Assembly (NCBI GenBank): GCA_018303805.1
Contig: JAGVXL010000001.1
Coordinates: 177,528 to 241,527 of the forward strand
Source: Candidatus Pacearchaeota archaeon
Lineage (GTDB): Archaea > Nanobdellota > Nanobdellia > Pacearchaeales > DTIR01
DNA: 64,000 nt
Direction of reading: 5' to 3'
Shown here: piece after piece, positions 20,083 through 29,150 of the stretch
Layout of the letters: every line of letters begins with the position of its first letter
Numbering within the stretch: the stretch's first letter is position 1
The notes under the pieces: generated by a model
What the model was told of the DNA's origin: nothing
What the model saw: the letters and a program-made list of their open reading frames with translations, nothing else
Database searches by the model: none
Made by a program: the position numbers and the translations under genes

Positions 20083-20844
20083 CTAATGAGGATAAAAAGT
20101 TGTTGATAAAACTTTTCCTTGAAGTATACCAATAATGCTCTTGGCTGCGTTTCCTATCCTGCAAATCTTTCCGGCATCATTCGCCATCTTTATAGCATCA
20201 AGCTTTTTCTGCAAGCCGCCTCTTCCCTCCCTCATTTCATTTTTAATGTTGTCGTAATCTTCTTGACTGTAAGAATCTGCGGTTTCAACAATCTCACCAT
20301 CTTTCAGCAATCCATCATGAATAATCAGGTTTACCATCAAATCCTGCCCCAATCTGGTTGTTATCAATGCCTCAAGTTCATCATTATCACTGAATTTAAT
20401 CTCTCTAGTTGCAAGGGTGTCATTTTCATTGAACACAGGCACTACTCCTTTTTCCAGTGTTTTGTTATAGCTGCCATAAAGAATCTTGAACCTTTCTTTA
20501 TTAACAAAATCGTTCTTTGTTACAAGGAACTGCGCAATATTAACCCCATATTTCCCAAATTCCAGTATATACTCTTGCATAAGCAGGGGCTGCCCTACTG
20601 CAGCATAAACCTGTTTCTCAACCAAGCTTCCTTCCAGAGATGTGTGGAGTTTTCTTTTTCCAGAGGCAATTGCTCCTGAAGTCACAATTGTCACACATTT
20701 GCCCTGCATTCTTAATTCATGGCAGCATTTCGCAAGGTTTGCAATTATCTTGCTGTTTATCTTGCTGTCTGTAGTTATCCCTGCTGTTCCAACTTTTACC
20801 ACAATTTTATTAGCCTTATCAAGCAAGTTTTCCATTTCACACAC
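20083..20844 (-). CDS. amino-acid-kinase family protein, glutamate 5-kinase-like (no PUA domain)
   Basis: IVVKVGTAGITTD..., VTIVTSGAIASG and a C-terminal GKVLSTTF resemble the ProB core. Confidence 0.6.
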   Translation of the reverse strand: MCEMENLLDKANKIVVKVGTAGITTDSKINSKIIANLAKCCHELRMQGKCVTIVTSGAIASGKRKLHTSLEGSLVEKQVYAAVGQPLLMQEYILEFGKYGVNIAQFLVTKNDFVNKERFKILYGSYNKTLEKGVVPVFNENDTLATREIKFSDNDELEALITTRLGQDLMVNLIIHDGLLKDGEIVETADSYSQEDYDNIKNEMREGRGGLQKKLDAIKMANDAGKICRIGNAAKSIIGILQGKVLSTTFYPH

Positions 20845-22567
20845 CCCACGTTGCCTTTTTCTTCCTCTTTACTGTGGCAATTTCCTGCAGGACTGCAATC
20901 TCATCTGCAGAAAGATATTGCTTGTTCTTTTTCAAGTTCCTGAAATTTTCCTCGCTCATCTCACTATATAAAATATCCCCCTCATGAACCTGCCGTCCAA
21001 ATGTGATATTGGGCATGCTTACTGCAACATCCATGCCTCTCCCAACCTCTTCAACTGACTTGTTCTCTGACTGTATTGCCTTTATCTCTGAAACTTTTTC
21101 GTCATGGGCGTTAATCATCTCAGTTCCTGCTTTTAAAATGCCAGCTTCTACATGCACACCGAAAATCGCGGGCTTGCTCTGCCTGAAAACAAATCTTAAA
21201 ACCCCCAGTTTGCATGGCAGAACTAACTTTTCAAGAGTTTCTCTTTGAATTTCCTTCTGCTTCTCCACAAGCCATTTTTGAAAATCCTCTATTAATCTGT
21301 AGATAACATCATTGGCAAGCACTTTAATCCTTGCATCTCTTGCATCCTCATCCACAGAAACATTAAAGCCAAGCACAACTGCGTTAAGGGGATTTGCCTG
21401 CAAATTTGCAGCAGCATTCATCAAATCAACCTTATTTACAGAGCCTATTAATGCCTTGCTGACTTTAATTCCCTCTTTATTCAGCAAAACAAGCAATGCT
21501 TCTAAACTGCCTAGAGAATCTGCCTTTGCTATAACCCCCTCTTTCTCTGTTCTGATTGTTTTTTCTATTTCCTGTTTTAACGCCTTGATTACCTGCTCTT
21601 TGTTATTTTGTTTCACAACAGAAAATGGCATGCCCGGCAATATCTCTGCACTATTGGCAAGCTGCATTCTTATTCCCGCAGCTGCTGTAACCCCTTTCAT
21701 TGTCTTAAAGCCCTTGCATAAGGGCAGTGCTTCTGATAGGATTCTTATTTTGCTTGTTATTGGCTCGTCAAAACTTGCTATTGCAACTGTATCCCCCTGC
21801 TTTAATGTCCCGTCATAAAGGACAGCCTCAACATAGATAATTGATTTTTCCCTCTTAACCTCAAGCACTGTTCCTCTCGCTTCCTCGCTGATTTGCAGCT
21901 TGCCTTTCAGGAATTTCTGTGTCAAGCCGCATAGCATTATAATCAGCTCCTTTATTCCCTCTGCTGTTTTTCCTGAGCAAGGCACCAATGCAACCTGCTT
22001 TGTAAAATCAGAAATTCTGTAAAAGATGTCAGCATTAAAGCCATGGGATGACAAAGCCTCAACTATCATTGAAAATTTTTTTTCAAATTCATTCTTAACA
22101 TAAATCTGCTGGGAATTTATATCCTCCTCTAATTTTTCAGAATTCCTCTTCCATCCGTGGACTGCATCCACTTTATTTAATGCGACAATAAAAGGCACTT
22201 TGCTGGATTTTAGAATCTCCATGCATTCAATGGTTTGGGGCATGAATCCCTCGTTTATATCGATAACTAAAATTGCCAAATCTGCCAGAGTGCCACCCCT
22301 TTTCCTCAAGTTTGTGAAGGCAGCATGCCCTGGAGTGTCAATAAATAAGAATCCTGGGATTTCAAGCTGGATGTTAAATTGTTCAAGCAAGCCAGAGCAT
22401 TTTTTCTGAATCAAGTCAATAGGATAGCAAGTGCATGAGATTTTCTGCGTTATGCCCCCTGCCTCTTTTCTCGCTATTATTGTTTCCCTTATGCTGTCCA
22501 GTATGGTTGTCTTTCCATGATCAACATGCCCCACAACAGTAACGATTGGCTGCCTTATTCTTTCCAT
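20837..22567 (-). CDS. infB: translation initiation factor aIF5B (archaeal IF-2)
   Basis: RQPIVTVVGHVDHGKTTILD, DTPGHAAF and NKVD, at typical aIF5B length. Confidence 0.95.
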   Translation of the reverse strand: MERIRQPIVTVVGHVDHGKTTILDSIRETIIARKEAGGITQKISCTCYPIDLIQKKCSGLLEQFNIQLEIPGFLFIDTPGHAAFTNLRKRGGTLADLAILVIDINEGFMPQTIECMEILKSSKVPFIVALNKVDAVHGWKRNSEKLEEDINSQQIYVKNEFEKKFSMIVEALSSHGFNADIFYRISDFTKQVALVPCSGKTAEGIKELIIMLCGLTQKFLKGKLQISEEARGTVLEVKREKSIIYVEAVLYDGTLKQGDTVAIASFDEPITSKIRILSEALPLCKGFKTMKGVTAAAGIRMQLANSAEILPGMPFSVVKQNNKEQVIKALKQEIEKTIRTEKEGVIAKADSLGSLEALLVLLNKEGIKVSKALIGSVNKVDLMNAAANLQANPLNAVVLGFNVSVDEDARDARIKVLANDVIYRLIEDFQKWLVEKQKEIQRETLEKLVLPCKLGVLRFVFRQSKPAIFGVHVEAGILKAGTEMINAHDEKVSEIKAIQSENKSVEEVGRGMDVAVSMPNITFGRQVHEGDILYSEMSEENFRNLKKNKQYLSADEIAVLQEIATVKRKKKATWGV

Positions 22568-22612
22568 ATTTATAAAAATAAAAGAAAACTTTTAAATCTT
22601 GCCACTTCCGGC

Positions 22613-22945
22613 TTATTTCGCCGGCTCTTTTTCTGCAGGCTTCTCTTGTTCTTTCCCTGATTTGCTTTCTGCTTTCTTCTCTTCCTTTTTTTCTTTCTCT
22701 TCTTCAGCCTTCTCTTCATGCATCTTCTCTTCATGCTTTGCCTCTTCAAGCAATTCTTCCTTGAGTTCTGCTTTTGTCTTGCCCTTCCCTGTTTTTCTAA
22801 CCCATGCAAGCTTGCTGCTTTCCCTGCCGAGCTGGAAATTTTTCATGCATTTAGAAGAGCAAAAATTATAAACTCTGGCGAATGCCACAAAAATAACCCC
22901 TTTGCCCTGTTCAATTTGCCTGCTGCAAAAACTGCATTTTGCCAT
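22613..22945 (-). CDS. rpl24e: 50S ribosomal protein L24e with a K/E-rich C-terminal extension
   Basis: MAKCSFCSRQIEQGKGVIFV...FCSSKCMKNF zinc-ribbon core, followed by about 55 aa of K/E-rich tail. Confidence 0.9.
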   Translation of the reverse strand: MAKCSFCSRQIEQGKGVIFVAFARVYNFCSSKCMKNFQLGRESSKLAWVRKTGKGKTKAELKEELLEEAKHEEKMHEEKAEEEKEKKEEKKAESKSGKEQEKPAEKEPAK

Positions 22946-22961
22946 TTTTTGATTCTGAATT

Positions 22962-23180
22962 TTATTTGTTTTTAATTAACTTAAATCTTGGAACTTTTTT
23001 TCCATTTATATTAACCTTTTCCAAAAACATATCTTTTGGTCTCACCCATAAATCTTTGTTTCCATAAAGAGCCTTGTATACAATAAATTCTTCTAATGTT
23101 TCACTATGTTTTGCTAAACCTATAACCTCATACTCTCTTCCTTTGAAATGTTCATATATTCCCAGTTTTAACTTCTGCAT
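22962..23180 (-). CDS. DUF1653-family protein
   Basis: YEHFKGREYEVIGLAKHSETLEEFIVYKALYG..LWVRPKDMF...PRF matches my memory of the DUF1653 consensus. Confidence 0.7.
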   Translation of the reverse strand: MQKLKLGIYEHFKGREYEVIGLAKHSETLEEFIVYKALYGNKDLWVRPKDMFLEKVNINGKKVPRFKLIKNK

Positions 23181-23198
23181 TTTGTTTTTACTTTGAAA

Positions 23199-23495
23199 TT
23201 AAGTGAACGCCCCTTTCATCACCTTGCTTCTTAACCTTCTTGCCTCAATTTGTGTTTCTCTTAGCATCAAAATATCCTTCAAGCGAATAGGTCCTTTTAC
23301 ATTTCTCCTTATTAATTTTCCTTTTTCAACACCCTGCATGATTCTTGCGCGGATTTGCGTAATCTCCCCCCTAAATCCAGTCCTGCCAACAATCTCTTCA
23401 ACAACTGCAGGCACTGCTGTCCCAACTACCTTATCCATGCCTTTTTTTGCTTCAACTGAAACTTCCTTTTTCTTTTGTTGCTTATCGCTTCCCAT
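23199..23495 (-). CDS. rps28e: 30S ribosomal protein S28e with an N-terminal K-rich extension
   Basis: [24 protein letters not shown]...[30 protein letters not shown]. Confidence 0.9.
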   Translation of the reverse strand: MGSDKQQKKKEVSVEAKKGMDKVVGTAVPAVVEEIVGRTGFRGEITQIRARIMQGVEKGKLIRRNVKGPIRLKDILMLRETQIEARRLRSKVMKGAFT

Positions 23496-23524
23496 TTTTT
23501 AATTTCAAAGCAAGTCTTCCAGGC

Positions 23525-23962
23525 TTATTCTTCTTTTTTCTTTCTGGTTCTTTTTGGCTTTTCTTCTGCCTCTGGCTTTTCTTCGGTTGCTTCTGCCTTT
23601 TCCGCGGGAATTTCAGCAATCTCTGCAGTATCTGCTTTTTGCTTCTCCTCTTTTTGGGATTTGGCAAATTCTGCTATCTTGCCTGCGGTTTCCCCGGCAT
23701 CAATTACCGCAATGGATGCTGTTGCAACCAGAATTCCTGCAGCCGCCCCTAGCTTCTGCTTTGAATCTGCTACAATGCAGGGGATTCCCTTCTCCCTGCA
23801 CAATATTGGTAAATGCTGCACTATCTCCTTTGGCTGGACATCCTCTGCATAAACAACAAGTTTTGCTGTTCCTCTCTCCACAGATTTCGTAACTTCGTTT
23901 GTGCCTTTCTCTATCTTGCCAGTTTTTCTTGCTTTCTCTATTATTTCGTAAACAGAACTCAT
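23525..23962 (-). CDS. rpl7ae: 50S ribosomal protein L7Ae (K-turn binding) with a K/E-rich C-terminal tail
   Basis: [47 protein letters not shown]...LGAAAG. Confidence 0.9.
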   Translation of the reverse strand: MSSVYEIIEKARKTGKIEKGTNEVTKSVERGTAKLVVYAEDVQPKEIVQHLPILCREKGIPCIVADSKQKLGAAAGILVATASIAVIDAGETAGKIAEFAKSQKEEKQKADTAEIAEIPAEKAEATEEKPEAEEKPKRTRKKKEE

Positions 23963-23975
23963 TTTTAAACCTCCT

Positions 23976-23987
23976 TCATCAAATCAG
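23976..23987 (-). promoter_or_regulatory. C'/D'-like (K-loop-like) motif in the rpl7ae 5' leader
   Basis: The reverse strand reads ...AUGACUGAUUUGAUGAAGGAGGUUUAAAAAUG. That is CUGA, then UU, then UGAUGA, directly abutting the GGAGG Shine-Dalgarno of the L7Ae gene. Confidence 0.4.
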
Positions 23988-24021
23988 TCATGGGTTTTGT
24001 TTTAAATTAAAAGGTTCAGAA

Positions 24022-24072
24022 AAAATCAATTTAAAAAGCTTTTGGTTGAAAAAAATTTTTTAAATTGATTTT
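24022..24072. repeat. 16-bp perfect inverted repeat upstream of the rpl7ae operon
   Basis: AAAATCAATTTAAAAA (24022..24037) and TTTTTAAATTGATTTT (24057..24072), separated by 19 nt. Confidence 0.7.
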
Positions 24073-24092
24073 CCATTTTAGAATTAGAGATA

Positions 24093-24599
24093 TCAGAACC
24101 TTTTTCCTTCCATCTCTAAATAGGACTTAAGCTGCGCGCAAAGCTCATCAACCTCTTCCATTATCTTGCCTTCATATGACTCTATTCTGCTTTTGATGAT
24201 ATACCTGTCATAAACACCCCTCATAAATTTGTTAAATGGGGATGTTTCCCATCTGCTTTCATAATCCTTTTCAAGCAATCCTGAAATGCTGATCTCAACG
24301 CTTCCTTTGTTGAGCTTTATCTTAACGTCCCCTTTTTGCACTTCTACAGAAGACATGCCAAAAGCCCTGAAAGTTATTTTCAATAAAAACCTGAAATAAT
24401 CTGAAACGCTTTTTCTTGCGTTCCATATAACCTCAAGCTCCTTTCCCTCTGGCTTGATTTTTTCAGTGTAGGATTTTTCTTCTATCACGCCATAGCCATA
24501 TGTAGAAAGCCACTTGCTAACAAAGTTATACAATGCCTTGAAATCAAAAAGCCCGTCAAATTTAACCTTACTGTCATATATCTTGTCTGTTTCAGCCAT
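24093..24599 (-). CDS. hypothetical protein
   Basis: Clean ORF with balanced composition and no motif recognised. The ATG at 24599 (MAETDK...) is preferred over the GTG at 24614. Confidence 0.5.
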   Translation of the reverse strand: MAETDKIYDSKVKFDGLFDFKALYNFVSKWLSTYGYGVIEEKSYTEKIKPEGKELEVIWNARKSVSDYFRFLLKITFRAFGMSSVEVQKGDVKIKLNKGSVEISISGLLEKDYESRWETSPFNKFMRGVYDRYIIKSRIESYEGKIMEEVDELCAQLKSYLEMEGKRF

Positions 24600-24678
24600 G
24601 ATTAAATCACTCACAGCAGGTATTTAAATATTTTTGTAAGAAAACAAAATCTTGGAGATTTGCAGGAGTAAGCCCTTA

Positions 24679-24987
24679 TCAGTCTACAATCTCTATCTGT
24701 ATATTAACCTCTTTTGGCACAGGTATGCGCATGATGCTATGCAATACCCGGTCGTCCAAAGGCAAATCAACAATCCTTTTATGAACTCTCATTTCAAACC
24801 TGTCAAAAGATGCCTTGCCAGAGCCACAAGGGCTTTTCCTGGTCGTAATCTTCAAGTGTTTTGTAGGCAGGGGCATAGGACCCCGGATAACAACACCTGA
24901 ACTGCTGGCTATATTTTTTATTGTTGAGCATATCTCATTTAAATATTCTATATTCGGTGATGCGAGTTTTATTCGTGCTTTTCCCAT
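24679..24987 (-). CDS. rps10: 30S ribosomal protein S10 (uS10)
   Basis: [10 protein letters not shown]...[40 protein letters not shown]. The start is placed at the internal ATG (24987) of the 125-aa ORF-track entry. Confidence 0.9.
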   Translation of the reverse strand: MGKARIKLASPNIEYLNEICSTIKNIASSSGVVIRGPMPLPTKHLKITTRKSPCGSGKASFDRFEMRVHKRIVDLPLDDRVLHSIMRIPVPKEVNIQIEIVD

Positions 24988-25081
24988 TTTCAAGTAAAAT
25001 ATAAGAAGCATACGTCCAAGAGGCTTTTTAAAATTTGCTATGAAATTAGCAAGCAAATTTTAATCTGAAATAAACAGAAAA

Positions 25082-25672
25082 TTACTCTATGATATCCTTA
25101 CAACTTTCGCACAGAAGTCTATTATCCATATTATAAAGCAAGCCGTAAGCCCCGCACTCAACGCACTCTCCCTCTTTAACCCATGTCTCCCCAGTTAATG
25201 CTGCTTCGCTCCTTTTTCGTTTCTCTGTTTCCTCTTTTATTTCTATTGCCTCTCTCAGACTATCAGAAAGAGAGGGTTGTATTCTTAAAATGTCTTTGAG
25301 TGTTATTACTCCAATTACCCTATTTTTGACAGTAACAGGCAGGACCCTAAATTTTGTTTTTGTTATCCTGTCCATTGCCTCGCTTATGTCCTTGCTAGGG
25401 GCTATACTCACAACTCTTTTTGTCATTATATCCTCTGCCTTAACCTTGCCCAAATCCTGCCTTTTCACAACGACCCAGACTATGTCCTTTTCTGTAAGAA
25501 TCCCCTTCAAAACCTGATTTTCCTGGACTACAAGAGAGCCGACATGCTTTTTTATCATCTCCCTTGCACAGTCACTTACAGATAAGATTGGCTTGACAGA
25601 AACAAAGTTCCTTGTCATAATATCCCCCACTTTGATTCCTATCTTGGGCTTTGCCCAGACTCTGAATTTCAT
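25082..25672 (-). CDS. CBS-pair protein with a C-terminal zinc ribbon
   Basis: Two CBS repeats (VGDIMTRNFVSV..., AEDIMTKRVVSI...), then CVECG...CESC. Confidence 0.75.
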   Translation of the reverse strand: MKFRVWAKPKIGIKVGDIMTRNFVSVKPILSVSDCAREMIKKHVGSLVVQENQVLKGILTEKDIVWVVVKRQDLGKVKAEDIMTKRVVSIAPSKDISEAMDRITKTKFRVLPVTVKNRVIGVITLKDILRIQPSLSDSLREAIEIKEETEKRKRSEAALTGETWVKEGECVECGAYGLLYNMDNRLLCESCKDIIE

Positions 25673-25889
25673 TTGAACATCACTTTTTATTTTAATGTTA
25701 AAAACAAAGGGATATAAAAACTATCTTGCAGAAAAAAGTATATAATTCAAGAGATAAAACCTTTTAAATCAAAGATCAGAAATTTTCCTGACTTGGAAGT
25801 TAAGAAAAAATGACAATTTCAGGTTTAACTTTTTCGCAAGATTTATAAATACGTATCTAGGATAAACTTTAACTAAACCTTATTTTAAA

Positions 25890-27512
25890 ATGGAAAGACA
25901 GCCAATATTTATACTGCCAGAGAATGTCCAGAGGATGATGGGAAGAGACGCTCAAAGAAACAACATAATGGCTGCAAGATTAGTTGCCGATACCGTCAAG
26001 ACTACGCTAGGGCCAAAAGGCATGGACAAGATGCTTGTTTCTAGCATTGGAGACATAACAGTAACCAATGATGGCGTTACAATCCTTGAGGAGATGGAAA
26101 TAGAGCATCCTGCAGCTAAAATGATGGTTGAAATTGCCAAAACTCAGGAAGCAGCTGTTGGGGACGGCACAACTACTGCTGTTGTAATTGCAGGCAAGCT
26201 CCTTGAAAATGCTGAATTTCTGCTTGACAAGAAAATACATCCTACGGTAATCGCAAAGGGATACAGGATTGCGGCGGAAAAAGCTCAGGAAATTTTAGAG
26301 GAAATAGCAACAAAAATAACACCCAAGGAGGAATTATTATTGAAATATATCGCAATGACTGCAATGACTGGAAAGGGGGCAGAGACTGCAAAAGATAAAT
26401 TCTCGGATATTGTTGTCAAGGCCGTTAAGATGGTATATGAAAACAACAAAGTGGATATGGCAAACATCAAACTTGAGAAGAGAAAGGGGAAAGGGGTGGA
26501 AGATTCCGAACTTATTGAAGGGATAGTCCTTGACAAAGAAAAAGTTCATGGAGACATGCCTTCTTTTGTGAAGAACGCAAAAATTGCCTTAATAGATTCT
26601 GCACTTGAGATAAAGAACCTTGAAACAGACACTAAAATAAGTGTTAGCAGCCCTGAGCAGCTGCAGGAATTCCTCAATCAGGAGGAGAAAATCCTGAAGA
26701 ATATGGTTGAAAAAATCAAAAAGGCAGGGGCAAATGTGGTTTTCTGCCAGAAGGGTATTGATGATATAGCACAATACTATCTGACAAAGGGGGGGATATA
26801 TGCCTGCAGAAGAATAGCAAAGAGTGATATGGACAAGCTTGCAAAGGCGACTGGCGGAAAGATAATAAGCAATTTGAATGAATTAACAGGCAAGGAGCTT
26901 GGAAAGGCTGCTGAAGTAAGCGAAGAGAAAGAAGGGGAAGAAGCATTAACAAATATCAAGGGCTGCCCTAACCCTAAAGCATTGACAATCCTTATCAGGG
27001 GCGGAACAGAGCATGTTATTGATGAAATGGAAAGGGCAATAAAAGATGCTCTGGGGGATGTTGCAGCTGCGTTGACAGTTGGAAAGATTGTTGCTGGAGG
27101 CGGCGGGATAGAGGCAGAGCTTGCAAAAAGGCTGAGAGATTTTTCACAGGGGTTAAGCGGCAGAGAGCAGCTCGCAGTAGAGCAGTTTGTTGCGGCATTA
27201 GAATCAATTCCCGCGACTCTCGCAGAGAATGCTGGTTTGGACCCTATTGATGTTTTGACAGAATTAAAGGCCAGGCATGAAAAAGGCGAGAAGAATGCTG
27301 GGCTAAACCTATTCACAAACAAGATAGAGGATGTGATGAAAGTGGGGATTATAGAGCCATTGAAAATCAAGACGCAGGCGATTGATTCTGCATCTGAAGT
27401 TGCGATGATGATTCTCAGGATAGATGATGTTATTGCCTCTTCCGGAGGCGGGGCTCCAAGAGGAATGCCTCACGGCGGAATGGGCGGCATGCCAGAAGGC
27501 GGGGAATATTAA
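25890..27512 (+). CDS. ths: thermosome subunit (group II chaperonin)
   Basis: [39 protein letters not shown], and a C-terminal GGMGGM tail. Confidence 0.95.
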   Translation: MERQPIFILPENVQRMMGRDAQRNNIMAARLVADTVKTTLGPKGMDKMLVSSIGDITVTNDGVTILEEMEIEHPAAKMMVEIAKTQEAAVGDGTTTAVVIAGKLLENAEFLLDKKIHPTVIAKGYRIAAEKAQEILEEIATKITPKEELLLKYIAMTAMTGKGAETAKDKFSDIVVKAVKMVYENNKVDMANIKLEKRKGKGVEDSELIEGIVLDKEKVHGDMPSFVKNAKIALIDSALEIKNLETDTKISVSSPEQLQEFLNQEEKILKNMVEKIKKAGANVVFCQKGIDDIAQYYLTKGGIYACRRIAKSDMDKLAKATGGKIISNLNELTGKELGKAAEVSEEKEGEEALTNIKGCPNPKALTILIRGGTEHVIDEMERAIKDALGDVAAALTVGKIVAGGGGIEAELAKRLRDFSQGLSGREQLAVEQFVAALESIPATLAENAGLDPIDVLTELKARHEKGEKNAGLNLFTNKIEDVMKVGIIEPLKIKTQAIDSASEVAMMILRIDDVIASSGGGAPRGMPHGGMGGMPEGGEY

Positions 27513-27546
27513 AAGATTAATATTTTTTCTTTTTTAAAATTCTGAA

Positions 27547-27882
27547 TTAATTCTTTGTATAGTTCTTTAAAATGTGATTAGGCAAGAAGCAATCAACAAC
27601 ATAGAACCAGTCTTTTAGGTAATTCCCTTTGTTGCTAAAATAAGCATATTCCTTCAATTCGGCATGAATATCTTCAATACTCTTTGCCTCTGTTTCTTTG
27701 ATTGCCCAGGCAAGAACTGCCTTTTTTGCCATTTCTTCATTTTTAATTTCTGATTTAGAATTAGAATTAGAATTCTTTAATTTAAAGTATACACTATTAG
27801 CTAGATACAAAATATCGTTTTCCGCATCATTTCTAAAAACTTTATGTATGCATTTGTCAATATCGTCCAGAGTTAATGCCAT
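27547..27882 (-). CDS. hypothetical protein (111 aa)
   Basis: The start is set at ATG 27882 (MALTLDDIDK...). The longer 160-aa ORF-track version reads through two tRNA sequences and I rejected it. Confidence 0.45.
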   Translation of the reverse strand: MALTLDDIDKCIHKVFRNDAENDILYLANSVYFKLKNSNSNSKSEIKNEEMAKKAVLAWAIKETEAKSIEDIHAELKEYAYFSNKGNYLKDWFYVVDCFLPNHILKNYTKN

Positions 27883-27922
27883 ATTTATAATAACGAGAAG
27901 AATTATGAAAAGATTATTGAAA

Positions 27923-27940
27923 CCAAAAATATATAAAAAT
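27923..27940 (-). terminator. T-rich tract after the tRNA cluster (also contains a TATA-like TTTATATA for the next gene)
   Basis: The reverse strand reads ATTTTTATATATTTTTGG, beginning 5 nt after the last tRNA discriminator base. Confidence 0.35.
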
Positions 27941-27945
27941 AGCCA

Positions 27946-27970
27946 TGCGCCAGCCGGGACTCGAACCCGG
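27946..27970 (-). tRNA. 3' portion (T-arm + 3' acceptor strand + discriminator) of an interrupted tRNA ('tRNA-X')
   Basis: CCGGG-UUCGAGU-CCCGG-CUGGCGC-A is a perfect T-arm with a canonical T-loop. The acceptor strand pairs 7/7 with GCGCUAG at 29126..29120. Confidence 0.7.
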
Positions 27971-27980
27971 ATAGCATAAA

Positions 27981-28051
27981 TGCAGCTTGCGGGGATTGAA
28001 CCCGCAGCTCGAGCTTGGGAAGCTCGCATTTTACCATTAAACTAAAGCTGC
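27981..28051 (-). tRNA. tRNA-Gly (anticodon CCC), 71 nt, CCA not encoded
   Basis: Hand fold: GCAGCUU-UA-GUUU-AAUGGUA-AAAU-G-CGAGC-UUCCCAA-GCUCG-AGCU-GCGGG-UUCAAUC-CCCGC-AAGCUGC-A. All four stems pair. Confidence 0.85.
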
Positions 28052-29061
28052 GTTCTAAAAGGGAGGGATTCTTTAAAATTTGTTATCGCTCCCTTCAATT
28101 CTTTCTTAGAGGGAATATCACCATTCTTTATAAAATATTTATATCTTTCTATATTCTTAGGATTCGAACTTCCTATTAATTTAAAGAAGCTATGCAGTTC
28201 ATTTTGATTTTGTATCCTTACATTAAAAGAGTATCTTTTAAGAAATCCTGATTTATTTGTACTTTTTGATGGAGTAAAATTAATTTTCTTTAATAAGCAT
28301 ATTATATTATGGCTAATAATTTTTGAGTTTGTCTGAAATTCAATTATTGCTCTATTATATCTTTTCTGTTTTCTGTAAATTCCGCCATCAGTATCTAATA
28401 AACCTCTTAACGCTCCATAAATAAATTCTTTTTTTTCAGAAATCCATGAAGGTAGATGAGCACCATTCTTTATTTTATTCCCTACAGTCAGGCTATTATT
28501 TTTTAAAAATTTAATAAGCTCTGAAGAGTAGCAATCAAGAATTATTGTATTTTTATTGGTATAACTAATAAAAATTTTAGAATCAATGCCAAAAAGTTTC
28601 TTTATTTGTTCAGAGATATAATCTAAATGATTTTTTTCGTAAGGAAATTCGCTGGTGATAGTTAACTCTCCTTCTTCTAAATGACCATCACCTAATATAA
28701 CACCTAATAATTCTGCAAGTTCTTCACTTTTTTCAGGTATTTTTATTTTCTTTTTATTTTTGCCCCCCGCAGATTTTTGTCCCCAGTTTGCAGGAAGAAT
28801 TTTTTCTACCCATTTTGATTGGATAGTTTCCCATTCTTCAAATGGATAGACCTTAAGAAGAGAATAAGCAATTTTATAAGGAATTGTAGACCTCTCTTTT
28901 TGCCATTCTACTCTTAAAGTATACTCGCTAAGATTTATACTATCTGCCAGGGCTTTCCATGTCAGTCCGCTGTTCTTCTTTATTTTTCTCACAAATAATT
29001 TTTGGAATCCTTTCTTGAATTTAACCCTATTATCGATTATACACTCCCCCCTCTTTCTCAT
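28042..29061 (-). CDS. LAGLIDADG homing endonuclease (two-motif, monomeric type) with an N-terminal HTH-like region
   Basis: Motif 1 is LLGVILGDGHL and motif 2 is LRGLLDTDGGIY. The ORF ends in TAG, and its last 10 nt overlap the 5' acceptor strand of tRNA-Gly. Confidence 0.85.
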   Translation of the reverse strand: MRKRGECIIDNRVKFKKGFQKLFVRKIKKNSGLTWKALADSINLSEYTLRVEWQKERSTIPYKIAYSLLKVYPFEEWETIQSKWVEKILPANWGQKSAGGKNKKKIKIPEKSEELAELLGVILGDGHLEEGELTITSEFPYEKNHLDYISEQIKKLFGIDSKIFISYTNKNTIILDCYSSELIKFLKNNSLTVGNKIKNGAHLPSWISEKKEFIYGALRGLLDTDGGIYRKQKRYNRAIIEFQTNSKIISHNIICLLKKINFTPSKSTNKSGFLKRYSFNVRIQNQNELHSFFKLIGSSNPKNIERYKYFIKNGDIPSKKELKGAITNFKESLPFRTQL

Positions 29062-29101
29062 TTATCCTATAGAGCAAACCACTATATAAATATTTCTTTT
29101 T

Positions 29102-29126
29102 TTCTTAGCCATTGGACCACTAGCGC
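29102..29126 (-). tRNA. 5' portion (acceptor strand + D-arm) of the interrupted tRNA ('tRNA-X')
   Basis: GCGCUAG-UG-GUCC-AAUGGCUA-AGA with U8, A14, G18G19 and A21 in place. The D-arm closely resembles that of tRNA-Val in this window (GUCC-AGUGGUUA-AGAC). Confidence 0.6.
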
Positions 29127-29150
29127 ATATATCCTAAAATATAACAATCC

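Noticed and set aside
22570-23752. K/R-rich ORFs (22570..22809 and 23482..23667) and F/S-rich ORFs in the ribosomal-protein block.
   Set aside because: They are alternative-frame or antisense readings of the GAA/AAG-rich K/E tails of L24e and L7Ae.
27883-28029. The N-terminal 49 aa of the 160-aa ORF-track entry (MRASQARAAGSIPASCIYAIRVRVPAGAW...).
   Set aside because: This stretch is simply the translation of tRNA-Gly and the tRNA-X T-arm. The plausible protein starts at ATG 27882.
29059-29126. An anticodon arm for tRNA-X within the 65 nt between its D-arm and the LAGLIDADG ATG. Candidates were the TATAG/CTATA hairpin with a 9-nt loop, and ATAAA pairing with TTTAT at 27979..27975.
   Set aside because: Every candidate loop lacks U33 or has the wrong loop size. 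GGAU at 29066..29063 could complete the D-stem only by invoking an extra D-loop intron. I could not build a canonical cloverleaf by hand, so no isotype is claimed.
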